Assembly: GCA_964478715.1 (NCBI GenBank)
Contig: CAYZIY010000011.1
Coordinates: 1,980-65,979 of the forward strand
Source: an uncultured Planctomycetales bacterium
Lineage (GTDB): Bacteria > Omnitrophota > Gorgyraeia > Zapsychrales > JBDRMG01
Direction of reading: 5' to 3'
Length of the DNA stretch: 64,000 bases
The notes beneath the pieces were generated by a model. That model did no database searches. It worked only from the letters and a program-made list of their open reading frames with translations, and was not told the origin of the DNA. Shown piece by piece: positions 20,330 through 29,416 of the stretch. The position numbers and the translations under genes are program-made. The first letter of the stretch is position 1. Each line of letters starts with the position of its first letter.

Positions 20330-21617
20330 TTAACAACGGGAGGGTGACTTTAAAAGTTGTCCCGCCTCCGATTTGGCTATCGATGGCAATATGTCCGTTA
20401 TACGCTTTAATGATTTCACTGGTGATTGTCAATCCCAGTCCGCAACCCTTATCGATGTCTTTTGTCGTAAAAAAAGGCTCAAAAATATTCTCCAGGTTTT
20501 CTTCCGGAATACCGCAGCCGGTGTCTTTGATATGGATTTCAACAGCTTTATCCGCCTGTTGAGTTTTTATCGTGATATCTCCTTCTGCATCCATTGCATC
20601 AATGCTGTTACGTAAAAGATTGACCGCTATATGTTCAATTCCAAAATCTGTAATTTCGGGCAAATTTTGCGCAAATTGTTTATCGATTCGAATGTTTTTA
20701 TGATAAATGTCGAGCTTGACGGCTCCCAGGGCATCTTCGATAGCGTGGTGAATATTGACTCTCCTGATTGTCCTCGGGGCATTACGGGAGCAGGCGAGAA
20801 GATTCTTGACGATATTGGCCATGCGGTTCAATCCCTGTTTTGCCTCAAGGAGATAGCCGCGGATTACCTCGTCTGCCTGAAGTTGATCGAGGCTTAAATT
20901 CACATAACGCAATACACCGTCTAGAGGATTGTTGAGTTCATGGGCGATCCCGGCTGTGATTTTACCGATCGAGGCGAGGCGTTCCTGAATAACGATCTGC
21001 TTCTGAAGGCGGTCGGTGGTCTCTTTCTTTTTCCCCAGCTCGTCTTTCAGAGTTTGAGATTCCCTTAGGACTGTTTTGAATTTTTTATACAATTGAGTGC
21101 GACGGTAATTGAGGGCGATTTGACTTGAGAGAAAATCCAGGATCTGAAGCTCTTGAGGAGAAAAATTCTGCCCTGATTCCTTATCGGCAATATTAATAAC
21201 GCCAACCAGAATATCTTTGATCATTAAAGGTGAGCAGATAAAGGATGGCGTGCGGTAATTTTTGCGGCTTTGGTAATCGGGGAAACGCTTGTCGTTGGCA
21301 ATATCGGAAACGAAAATGGGCTGTTTCATTTCAGCGACTTTGCCGACGATTCCCTCTCCCAATTTTTTCACCAGGGTATCCTCTTCCTGTCTTTGCATGC
21401 CCCTGGCAATCTTTAAAATCAATTGCTGGCCGTTTTCGCTCAATATAAAAATGGATCCTCTCTGGGCCTTGAAGAGCTCTAGAGTTTCTTTGAGAGAGAT
21501 TTCAAGCAGGTCTCGGTCGGTTAACGAAACAGTGACAGCATTACAGATCTTTGAGATTTTCTTAAACAGATCTTCGTTTGTTAGGTCAACAAAGTGCGGG
21601 TGAGCCTCTCTATTCAT
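20313..21617 (-). CDS. sensor histidine kinase with N-terminal GAF domain
   Basis: H-box AHELNNPL, HATPase_c (G-boxes DTGCGIP, GLGL), GAF domain; no TM segments. Confidence 0.8.
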   Translation of the reverse strand: MNREAHPHFVDLTNEDLFKKISKICNAVTVSLTDRDLLEISLKETLELFKAQRGSIFILSENGQQLILKIARGMQRQEEDTLVKKLGEGIVGKVAEMKQPIFVSDIANDKRFPDYQSRKNYRTPSFICSPLMIKDILVGVINIADKESGQNFSPQELQILDFLSSQIALNYRRTQLYKKFKTVLRESQTLKDELGKKKETTDRLQKQIVIQERLASIGKITAGIAHELNNPLDGVLRYVNLSLDQLQADEVIRGYLLEAKQGLNRMANIVKNLLACSRNAPRTIRRVNIHHAIEDALGAVKLDIYHKNIRIDKQFAQNLPEITDFGIEHIAVNLLRNSIDAMDAEGDITIKTQQADKAVEIHIKDTGCGIPEENLENIFEPFFTTKDIDKGCGLGLTITSEIIKAYNGHIAIDSQIGGGTTFKVTLPLLNDDAS

Positions 21618-22501
21618 TATGGTTTAAGCGTGACATCCGCATCAGCTTCTTCCACCACATCGAGTTTTTCGATCATCTGCTTGAGGATTTGGGCTAACGG
21701 ATGTTTCGGATTTTCATCGAGGATGTCTTGATAGAGATTGATTGCCCTTTGCTTATCTTTTAGTTGCGTTAAAGAAATGATATTGATCGATTTTAAGATC
21801 GGCTCGGCTGTTTGAGGATGCGGATATTTTCTCAAAGAAAGCGACAGGGCGTCCAGCGCTTGATTCCAGCGCTTAGCGCTCATATAACAATTAGACAGTA
21901 AACCCAGGAGTTTGAATTCCAAATTCTTTGAAGGATCACTATTGAGCATCTCACGATAATGAATGATCGCGTTATTATAGGCTAAGGTGGCCTGCGGCTG
22001 ATTCCCTTTGTTTTCGTAATATTTCGCGATATACAGAGGCCCGGAAAGACCTTCTTCTGTTTGAGGGTATTTCTGGATCATCTCTTTGTAGATCTTTTCG
22101 GCTTCTTCCCAGTTTCCCTGCGCTTCCTGAACTTTGCCCACAGAAACCATGGCTAAGGCACAGATGTTTCTGTTGTTGGGAAATTTTGGGCATATAGAAC
22201 TGAAAATCTCTTTCGCTTTCTCATAATCTTTCTTGATGAGATAAACGCGACCCAAAATAATATGAGTTTGCGGAGTAAATTTGGAATCAGGGAAGCGCGT
22301 GATCACGGCTCGATATTGACCGGCCAGTCTCTCGAAGGCTTGATCAGGAAAAGATTCCGTGCTTTTAACCATTTTGGCAAATTGTCGATCGGCTTTCCAG
22401 AGCATTTTTTCCGCCGCAAAATCGTCTTTCTGAGATAAAAAGGTTAAAATGCCGAAGACCCCGATAAGGATAATGCAGAGAATAATGATCGTCTTTTTCA
22501 T
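21617..22501 (-). CDS. TPR-repeat protein with N-terminal membrane anchor
   Basis: N-terminal TM helix, multiple TPR-like repeats. Confidence 0.5.
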   Translation of the reverse strand: MKKTIIILCIILIGVFGILTFLSQKDDFAAEKMLWKADRQFAKMVKSTESFPDQAFERLAGQYRAVITRFPDSKFTPQTHIILGRVYLIKKDYEKAKEIFSSICPKFPNNRNICALAMVSVGKVQEAQGNWEEAEKIYKEMIQKYPQTEEGLSGPLYIAKYYENKGNQPQATLAYNNAIIHYREMLNSDPSKNLEFKLLGLLSNCYMSAKRWNQALDALSLSLRKYPHPQTAEPILKSINIISLTQLKDKQRAINLYQDILDENPKHPLAQILKQMIEKLDVVEEADADVTLKP

Positions 22502-23379
22502 AATCGTTCCTTTGCTGATAGGTAAAATATGGTTGTCGCGGTAAGTATTACCGCTTCCAGCATTAATTGCACGATAATGCTTATAGCAATTATAATTGCC
22601 TGGATTTGGGGAAAGCTTATCATAATTTGACCCGATAAGACAATTTGCCGTATCAAAATTATCGGAACATAAAGAAACATGGGTAAAAAGATGACAAACG
22701 CTATAAACCAGAAATGACGAAACAGCACCTTGAAGTTTTCGAGTATTGCCTTATGGATTTTAACCTTTTCAATCACAACGATAGGAAGAATAAAGGCGTA
22801 GAGGATTGTAATAAAAATGTTGATCAAGAGACCGAAGTAAGGCTTTCCGAAAATAACAAGATTTTTAACCGCCGCATACAGGCCTGTTTCCGAGCGGATA
22901 CGCAAAGCTCTATCAAAAGCAATATCGTAAATTTCAAGAAAAAGAAAGACAGTCGCAAAGGTTAAGACAGCCGCCAGGACAATATGAATATATTGTGATC
23001 GAATCTTGCGAAAAACAGATTTCAGAGAAATATTTTTTCCGGCATTAACGAATTCCACGATTCCGATCACAGAGGCGCTTAAGAAACTGCCAATAAAAAG
23101 ATATACCGGAACCTGGGCATCAAAAAATAATTTTGGGAGTAAGTCGTAAAAGAAAGGAAAGTGAACAAATCGAAGCGCAAACTGTTTCTCGATTATGGGG
23201 CCAAAGAAATTGACCAATGGCCAGCGCGGAGCAAACATGAGGATTTCTAATATCAACAGCTGGATGAAGGCCGTAATCACCAATGGATACATAATAACAG
23301 GATGTCCCACAAGGGTATTGACACTTGTCTTAATCAAATCAAGGACATGTTCCTTCTTTCCGGTCGATTTTCTCATCAC
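22498..23379 (-). CDS. polytopic membrane protein of unknown function
   Basis: 293 aa, ~7 hydrophobic helices; 4-bp overlap with downstream TPR gene. Confidence 0.4.
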   Translation of the reverse strand: MMRKSTGKKEHVLDLIKTSVNTLVGHPVIMYPLVITAFIQLLILEILMFAPRWPLVNFFGPIIEKQFALRFVHFPFFYDLLPKLFFDAQVPVYLFIGSFLSASVIGIVEFVNAGKNISLKSVFRKIRSQYIHIVLAAVLTFATVFLFLEIYDIAFDRALRIRSETGLYAAVKNLVIFGKPYFGLLINIFITILYAFILPIVVIEKVKIHKAILENFKVLFRHFWFIAFVIFLPMFLYVPIILIRQIVLSGQIMISFPQIQAIIIAISIIVQLMLEAVILTATTIFYLSAKERL

Positions 23380-23430
23380 AGCTCCTTTTTCAAAACTTGT
23401 TCATTTTTAATAACTTACATTGGAATGCAA

Positions 23431-23459
23431 ATTGTAGCACAGGGAAATCCTGCTGTCAA
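23431..23459 (-). promoter_or_regulatory. sigma-70-like promoter (TTGACA-17-TACAAT) for the membrane/TPR/HK/RR operon
   Basis: Minus strand ttgacagcaggatttccctgtgctacaat, ~50 nt upstream of the ATG at 23379. Confidence 0.4.
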
Positions 23460-23470
23460 TAATCCTTGAA

Positions 23471-23508
23471 TTCAAAAAATAATGGCAGGTTAAATTTAAC
23501 CTGCCATT
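23471..23508 (-). terminator. intrinsic terminator of the PEP-CTERM gene array
   Basis: Perfect hairpin aatggcaggttaaa/tttaacctgccatt followed by a U6 tract on the minus strand. Confidence 0.55.
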
Positions 23509-23592
23509 ATCGTTTTATAGAGATGCATAAAACAGGCTGTTATCGACTTGCTGTCTTTAAGTCGATAGTATCTTTTGCTTTAAACGCCTGCC

Positions 23593-23889
23593 TTATCGAC
23601 TGATTTTTCTCTTATAAACAGCCATGGCAGCCAATCCGCCCGTTAACAAAAGCATTGTAGCCGGTTCGGGATTATGAATTGTCGCGATCGTTTCCGGTCC
23701 GGTTTGCAATGTTGTGACGATTGTTGCGCCGCCATCTCCTGTTCCTCCTGTCGCAGCCGGTGATGCCGGTCCACTGACGCCCAGAGCGCTTGCTAGACCG
23801 CCCCCGCCGCCAGTTTGACATCCGTATACAAACGGCAATACCACAGAAAGAATGCTGAAGTTGATGAAGCGTGCTAATGTTCTTTTCAT
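23593..23889 (-). CDS. PEP-CTERM sorting domain protein (Gly-rich, small)
   Basis: C-terminal PEPATMLLLTGGLAAMAVYKRKISR; signal peptide MKRTLARFINFSILSVVLPFVYGC; ATG start preferred over upstream TTG. Confidence 0.75.
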   Translation of the reverse strand: MKRTLARFINFSILSVVLPFVYGCQTGGGGGLASALGVSGPASPAATGGTGDGGATIVTTLQTGPETIATIHNPEPATMLLLTGGLAAMAVYKRKISR

Positions 23890-23923
23890 AATTGACTCTT
23901 TCAAGATAAATGTGATTAAATGA

Positions 23924-24781
23924 TTACGATCTCTTTTTTCTAAAGCCCACAAAACCTAAAAGGCCGCTTCCAAGAAGCAGTAAACTCATCGGTTCCGGTA
24001 CGGGAGCGACTTTGGTGATTAAAAACATTGTATCATTATAGTCACTGTCAAACATTGGATCATCTAATGCGAGATCTTCAAACCCGATTAAATAAGTGTG
24101 ATAATCAAGTGTGATTTCGATAGGATCAGCATCACCCAGCTGAATCCACAGTGTTTCGCCTTCCAGTTCGGGAAGATGATAAGCCAGCATGTGATCTAAC
24201 GGATCAGAATTTAAATCCGGATCAGAGTACCATGTTTTAACTTGAGAACCATAGACGCTGGTCAAAGAAAATCCGAAATTCTCAAAACTTGTAAACGGAT
24301 TAATGCCGCCTGGAAAAGGATTACCGGATGTTCCGTCTCCTAAAAATCCATCATTAGGCCCTAAATTAATGACATCGATAATGTCATCAGGTAAGGTTGC
24401 GCCGTATTCAAAAACGCCTAATGTGTTGCTGGCAGCAGCGCTGAGTCCAATTGCAGCGAAGTTACTGGCCTGATCTCCGCCTAAATCATACCAGTATGAG
24501 TTGGGAACGGTGACCATGGCTGAATCAGCATCTTCATTGCTGGAATAAGCCTCAAATCCCAAAAGAAAATTGATGGCTTCATACAATTGAGGATATTGAT
24601 CTTCTCCAGTATAATCCGGATTCTCATTGTTAGACTGTTGCGGGGTTTGGACCGCATCTGGCGTGGAATCATATCCGTCCACAGTCATGATCGGATCATA
24701 CGGACCCGGATCGGCGATCGCCATTGTGCCAAAACTCGCAAGCGCCAGACTAATCGCCAGGCTTAAGATTAACTTTTTCAT
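23924..24781 (-). CDS. PEP-CTERM sorting domain protein (acidic)
   Basis: Signal peptide; D/E-rich; C-terminal VPEPMSLLLLGSGLLGFVGFRKKRS. Confidence 0.8.
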   Translation of the reverse strand: MKKLILSLAISLALASFGTMAIADPGPYDPIMTVDGYDSTPDAVQTPQQSNNENPDYTGEDQYPQLYEAINFLLGFEAYSSNEDADSAMVTVPNSYWYDLGGDQASNFAAIGLSAAASNTLGVFEYGATLPDDIIDVINLGPNDGFLGDGTSGNPFPGGINPFTSFENFGFSLTSVYGSQVKTWYSDPDLNSDPLDHMLAYHLPELEGETLWIQLGDADPIEITLDYHTYLIGFEDLALDDPMFDSDYNDTMFLITKVAPVPEPMSLLLLGSGLLGFVGFRKKRS

Positions 24782-24865
24782 TTGACTCCTCCTTATTATT
24801 ACTTCTTTGTTTTTATTTTTTTCGTATATTAACGGACACCTTTGGCAGTGCCGATCAAGCTGAGG

Positions 24866-25627
24866 TTATAAAATCCTTTTCTTCTTTAATCCTATAAGGC
24901 CTAATAAACCGCCCGATAATAATGAAAGGCTTATCGGTTCGGGAACGGCATCGGTTGTCCTTGCTGTTAAAGCCAGAGAACCTCCAAATTCAGCGTTTAA
25001 GAATTCCGGCCAGCTAATATCCCATGGAAGCTCAATTTCTTCATTTTCTAAGATTGCCGGAATGGAATCATAGAGCGCCAAATAGACTTCTCCGCTCTCC
25101 AAGTCGCCATTGATTAGATATCCCCCGATATCATCATCGCCTTCAGAAAGAGGAATTCCGGAAAGGTAAGTTAAGACGTCTTCTTCGCTGGCTCCAAGGA
25201 GTCCGGACAGAGAAAATGTTCCTAGTTCGATACCGGATTCCGAGAAGCTTTCTTCAAAATCGCCTTCCTCATAGCTGCCCTCTGCCCAGAGATCTGCATC
25301 GAGAGTCCAGTCGTAAACGGTATCCCAGTCTGGAAGATTCCAGTCAAATTCATAAGCTACAGCGCCAACGCCGAAAAAAGGACCATGAGAATTAAGCTCA
25401 TCCAAAATTTCAGAATCCATCTCCAACCAGGATTGTGTTTCCAGGTCGGGTCTGCTGTCATAAGGGAAATACCCCGGCTCTTCATCATCCAGCCAGGCTT
25501 CAGGCCCGTAAAGAATACCTCCGAAAAAATCAAGGGTTGAGGTTTGGGCTGATGCTGAGCTGACCATGAAAGCTAAAGCAATAACTGCAAGAATGATACT
25601 TTTCATTCGACCTTTCCTTTCTTTCAT
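24866..25627 (-). CDS. PEP-CTERM sorting domain protein (highly acidic)
   Basis: Signal peptide; C-terminal VPEPISLSLLSGGLLGLIGLKKKRIL. Confidence 0.8.
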   Translation of the reverse strand: MKERKGRMKSIILAVIALAFMVSSASAQTSTLDFFGGILYGPEAWLDDEEPGYFPYDSRPDLETQSWLEMDSEILDELNSHGPFFGVGAVAYEFDWNLPDWDTVYDWTLDADLWAEGSYEEGDFEESFSESGIELGTFSLSGLLGASEEDVLTYLSGIPLSEGDDDIGGYLINGDLESGEVYLALYDSIPAILENEEIELPWDISWPEFLNAEFGGSLALTARTTDAVPEPISLSLLSGGLLGLIGLKKKRIL

Positions 25628-25631
25628 TATT

Positions 25632-26282
25632 TTATTGTTTTCTTCTTTTAACCGCGAAACCGACTAGACCTGTCCCTAGCAATAAAAGAGAAGCCGGCTC
25701 AGGCACAACAGGTTCACCATTTTCCGCCAGGACCATTCTCGCAAAAGCAAATCCGTTTGGATTCTGATCTTGTTCATTAAAAGCGACATTGATTGTCATA
25801 GCAGCGATATCCCCCTCAGTCCAGCCGAAAAATTGAGCACCGGAATTTCCCGCGACCGGAATAGTCAATGAAGAATCATCGCTCAATGTTAAAGTGACAT
25901 CGAAAATACTGTAAACATTGGGTTCAATCTCCAGTCCGAAGGCATAAAGAGAAGAATCGAATGTTCCCGTCAAAGTGTTAGGGCTGCTGACTAAGACAGC
26001 GCCGGTATAACCGCCGGACCATGTGGCCCAACCGGATCCGATTGTGCGCCTCGTTAAGTCGGCATCGAAGCTGATCGATTTGCTTTGAGGCAATGATAAC
26101 GGGGTTCCGGCCGTCAAGACATCGCCGTTATTGGGAAGCTGAGGTGTAAAATCAACATCAAAAAATGAATCCACAGCTCCTTCCCAGCTGGCTCTGTTAT
26201 CCCAGAGCGTTATCGCATGCGCGTTTTGCGCTAATGCGATACTCACGCAGATGACCAGAGCGGAAATTAGATACTTTTTCAT
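25632..26282 (-). CDS. PEP-CTERM sorting domain protein
   Basis: Signal peptide; C-terminal VPEPASLLLLGTGLVGFAVKRRKQ. Confidence 0.8.
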   Translation of the reverse strand: MKKYLISALVICVSIALAQNAHAITLWDNRASWEGAVDSFFDVDFTPQLPNNGDVLTAGTPLSLPQSKSISFDADLTRRTIGSGWATWSGGYTGAVLVSSPNTLTGTFDSSLYAFGLEIEPNVYSIFDVTLTLSDDSSLTIPVAGNSGAQFFGWTEGDIAAMTINVAFNEQDQNPNGFAFARMVLAENGEPVVPEPASLLLLGTGLVGFAVKRRKQ

Positions 26283-26283
26283 A

Positions 26284-27030
26284 TTAGCTCCTCCTTCTTT
26301 TTATAAGACCAATTAGTCCCAGTCCTAGCAAGCTCAACGTTGCCGGTTCGGGGATAACGGGTTCTTCTTCGCCCTGACCGACCCAGCTGGCCACATTGAT
26401 TGAGAATTGTCCGTTGTCCGCGTATGACCAGTAATCATCGCTGAAAACATTGACATCAAGCATCGCTAATACATTATCTTGAGGGCCCCACAATGTCGCG
26501 ATGCTGTCGTCAAAAAGGGAAATGCCGCCGTCAGCCCGCCCGCCGTTCGGAACATAAATCGAACTGACGCCATTTGTTAATGCGTGATCGAGAACCGTAT
26601 TGTAAACACCGTTTGTTTCGTAATTCGCGTCATGTCCACCCAGCAAGGAAAGGAATGATTCATTCCATGTATTCCAACCGGTATTTTCGCCCATGAAGAC
26701 AACGCGACCGCCGTTATTTATGAACGAACTAAGATTCACGGCTTCAGCTGTGTTGAGTGATCCCGGTGAAGCATCCCAATCACTCTTTCGAAGGTCTACC
26801 CATACAGCATCGGCATTTGCGACCTGTGAAACATCGCCAAGGTTTGATACGACAGTAAAGCCTCCTGAGTAACTCGCGTTTAAGGCGGATGTCATTTGCG
26901 TCCAGTAAGAACTGCCGTAACCATAGTTGGTGCTATGCATTGATTCAGAAACTAAAATATAGGCCTGCGCCTGACTGCCCGCAAAAAGAACTAAAGAGAT
27001 GATTGCCATGGTTACAAATATTTTTTTCAT
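26284..27030 (-). CDS. PEP-CTERM sorting domain protein
   Basis: Signal peptide; C-terminal IPEPATLSLLGLGLIGLIKRRRS. Confidence 0.8.
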   Translation of the reverse strand: MKKIFVTMAIISLVLFAGSQAQAYILVSESMHSTNYGYGSSYWTQMTSALNASYSGGFTVVSNLGDVSQVANADAVWVDLRKSDWDASPGSLNTAEAVNLSSFINNGGRVVFMGENTGWNTWNESFLSLLGGHDANYETNGVYNTVLDHALTNGVSSIYVPNGGRADGGISLFDDSIATLWGPQDNVLAMLDVNVFSDDYWSYADNGQFSINVASWVGQGEEEPVIPEPATLSLLGLGLIGLIKRRRS

Positions 27031-27077
27031 TTCTGACCTTTTCTTTATTATTAATAGTTGAACGTGCTAATCTGGCA

Positions 27078-27656
27078 CTAAACCGTCATTTTTTTTCTAA
27101 TCAATCCAACCAGCCCCAACCCTAAAAGGGTTAAAGTTGCCGGCTCAGGAACCGGGCACTGGGTTTCGGGAGTTAAGCCGGTGATATCAAGATCGTAGGT
27201 CCAGCCGGAGCTTCCGCCACCTGTAAATCCAAAATCGCTATAGCCTGTCGCGGCAACACCATAATATCCGGAAGAAGCAATGGCATAGTTGTAGATAGCT
27301 GAATTATAGCCGGTGTATCCATCATCATTGTAAGCAAGCTGAACTCCCGATGGAGAATAAAATCCAAGCAAAGGATCGTTTGTGTAGCTTGTGCCGCCAG
27401 GAGCGACATAGATCATCGTGATGATGTCGCCGGATGTGGCGTAAAATCTGTAGAAATCAACGGAGCTATCTCCAACTCGTGAACCATCAATATGGACCGT
27501 TCCATCATGTCCATAGAGAAATTGTGCCGTACCAAAAGAATTGTTTGTCTCAACTTCTGTATAAATGGTAGCTTGAGCTGCAGGAGTTAATGTTAAAAGA
27601 AGTCCTATAATTCCAATCATAACCAGTAAATACTTCATGCCTTCTCCTTTATCCAT
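27078..27656 (-). CDS. PEP-CTERM sorting domain protein
   Basis: Signal peptide (probable start MKYLLVM); C-terminal VPEPATLTLLGLGLVGLIRKKMTV. Confidence 0.8.
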   Translation of the reverse strand: MDKGEGMKYLLVMIGIIGLLLTLTPAAQATIYTEVETNNSFGTAQFLYGHDGTVHIDGSRVGDSSVDFYRFYATSGDIITMIYVAPGGTSYTNDPLLGFYSPSGVQLAYNDDGYTGYNSAIYNYAIASSGYYGVAATGYSDFGFTGGGSSGWTYDLDITGLTPETQCPVPEPATLTLLGLGLVGLIRKKMTV

Positions 27657-27667
27657 TATTGAGGTTT

Positions 27668-28543
27668 TTAACGCGCACCTTCACCCGTTAAGACAACACG
27701 GATGGTCCTTACTATAATTGTTAAATCCGTCCAAAGACAAAGTTTACGGATGTAGAGTAGATCGTATTTGATTTTTTTCTTCACATCGTTGATTGACTCA
27801 TCGTATTTATGCCAAACTTGAGCCAAGCCGGTAATGCCGGGTTTGACTTTCAGTCTTTTTTCATAATCAGGGATTACTTTTTTGAATTCATCGACAAACA
27901 TGGGGCGTTCCGGTCGCGGACCGATCAGGCTCATATCCCCTTTAAGGATATTGACAAACTGCGGTATTTCGTCCATGTGGGTTTTACGGATTAGCCCGCC
28001 CAGCGGAATCAATCTTTTATCATTATCCGAAGCCCACACAGGGCCGGAATGATCTTCAGCATCAACATGCATGGTTCGAAACTTATAAATGGTAAAAAGC
28101 TGCCCGTTTTTTCCCACGCGCGTCTGCTGGTAGATAATGGGACCCCGGCTTGTCAATTTGATCAAGACAGCCAAAAAGAGACAGATGGGCGAGGCGAGAA
28201 TGATCCCCATGGCAGCGGCCACAATATCAAAAAGTCTTTTGACTTTCTGATAAATTTTTCGGACAAAACCTACCATCATGCCGAAGATGCCGCTTCCAAA
28301 AAGAGCCAATGTGGTTGGCTCAGGGGCGCGCGAACGGGATTCTTCGGGTAAAACCGGTTTAATAGATTCAATACCTTGACGATTAACAGATGGATGATCG
28401 TGCGGCTTGATTAAAGAGAGTGCAGCCCAGGTTGTTGTCCCAAAAATAACGACCAAAGCAAAAGCGGAAATAGCCAAAGTAACCCGTTTAAATCTTTTTT
28501 TGGATTTTTTTCGGTAAATTGTTCGAGAAAGCGCTTTCTTCAT
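27668..28543 (-). CDS. polyprenyl glycosylphosphotransferase (bacterial sugar transferase, EpsL/WbaP-C-like) with N-terminal PEP-CTERM-like module
   Basis: Catalytic domain with KRLFDIV...PICLFLAVLIKLTSRGPIIYQQTRVGKNGQLFTIYKFRTM and DEIPQF...GPRPERP; N-terminal 100 aa carry a signal anchor plus APEPTTLALFGSGIFGMMVGFVRK. Confidence 0.8.
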   Translation of the reverse strand: MKKALSRTIYRKKSKKRFKRVTLAISAFALVVIFGTTTWAALSLIKPHDHPSVNRQGIESIKPVLPEESRSRAPEPTTLALFGSGIFGMMVGFVRKIYQKVKRLFDIVAAAMGIILASPICLFLAVLIKLTSRGPIIYQQTRVGKNGQLFTIYKFRTMHVDAEDHSGPVWASDNDKRLIPLGGLIRKTHMDEIPQFVNILKGDMSLIGPRPERPMFVDEFKKVIPDYEKRLKVKPGITGLAQVWHKYDESINDVKKKIKYDLLYIRKLCLWTDLTIIVRTIRVVLTGEGAR

Positions 28544-28771
28544 GATACCTTATATTGAAGCAAATAGCGTGCCATAATTTCATAAAGAAGGCAGAATTAT
28601 GGACAAATCTTATCTTATTGTCATTCAATGTGTTATGCGTCAATAATTTGGCATGAAAACAATTAGTCATGGTAAAACCTACCAGAGGTATGACATACCA
28701 TGACAATACCATGTCCTAAACCTTCGACATGTTTTACCCTTTCATCATTTATTTATTAATTCTGATTTTAT

Positions 28772-29416
28772 TTATGGTAAATATTCCTGCAGGAGCGGTA
28801 TGATTGTCCGGACAAAGTTCTTCATGACGGAAATCGTTTGGGGTGTATTTTCATATGTTGCGGGTGAGGATACACGGATCAGGGCACTGCTGGCTGATTG
28901 TCCCACTAAAGTTTTTAGGGCAATCAGGATCTGCTGCTTCCAGTAGCTAGAGGTGAATATATTACCGACTTTAAACCAATAAAAAGCGATTTGTTTGTCT
29001 CCTCTTCCCTCGAGAGAGAGACGGTTGACGTCAATCACCAGATTTTCCTTTGGGACCGGAATCTTGTCTTTTTCATTTTCTAAAATCGTAATGCCGCCGC
29101 CGGTGTAGCAGACTTCCGGAGGATGCGTGGCCTTGCGGTTGTTTTCCGTGTAGACAATAAATAAAAACATCTGCTCGCCTTCGGGATTCGAATATTCCCG
29201 CACAAAGGCGTTGCGGGTTTCCAGAATCGCATATTCCTTGTCGCTGATAGGCAGTTCCCGCGAGGTCCATTCTCCAATTGTTTTGGGGAACAGATGAATG
29301 TCAACCGATGTTGTCTGCTTGTATCGTTTGAAATACAGCGACCATGTGATCACGGCCACTAAAAGAAAAATTGTAATTAAGACGATAAAATTTTTGTCTT
29401 TCTTGACACGCATCAT
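28772..29416 (-). CDS. EpsI-family exosortase-associated protein
   Basis: ~210 aa, N-terminal anchor, periplasmic domain typical of EpsI (DUF3485-like); 4-bp overlap with the exosortase gene. Confidence 0.65.
   Translation of the reverse strand: MMRVKKDKNFIVLITIFLLVAVITWSLYFKRYKQTTSVDIHLFPKTIGEWTSRELPISDKEYAILETRNAFVREYSNPEGEQMFLFIVYTENNRKATHPPEVCYTGGGITILENEKDKIPVPKENLVIDVNRLSLEGRGDKQIAFYWFKVGNIFTSSYWKQQILIALKTLVGQSASSALIRVSSPATYENTPQTISVMKNFVRTIIPLLQEYLP

Noticed and set aside
23593-23952. Longer 119-aa version of the last PEP-CTERM gene
   Set aside because: It begins with TTG and lacks a signal peptide at its N-terminus. The internal ATG at 23889 gives a proper signal peptide (MKRTLARF...VYGC).
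27031-27077. ctggcac / gtgcca elements upstream of PEP-CTERM genes as sigma-54 -24/-12 promoters
   Set aside because: No correctly spaced GC (-12) element follows on the transcribed strand. Most PEP-CTERM genes are separated by under 12 bp, consistent with co-transcription from upstream of 28543.
28488-28712. 74-aa minus-strand ORF overlapping the start of the sugar transferase gene
   Set aside because: It overlaps the transferase N-terminus in another frame and extends into the promoter gap. It has no features and is likely spurious.
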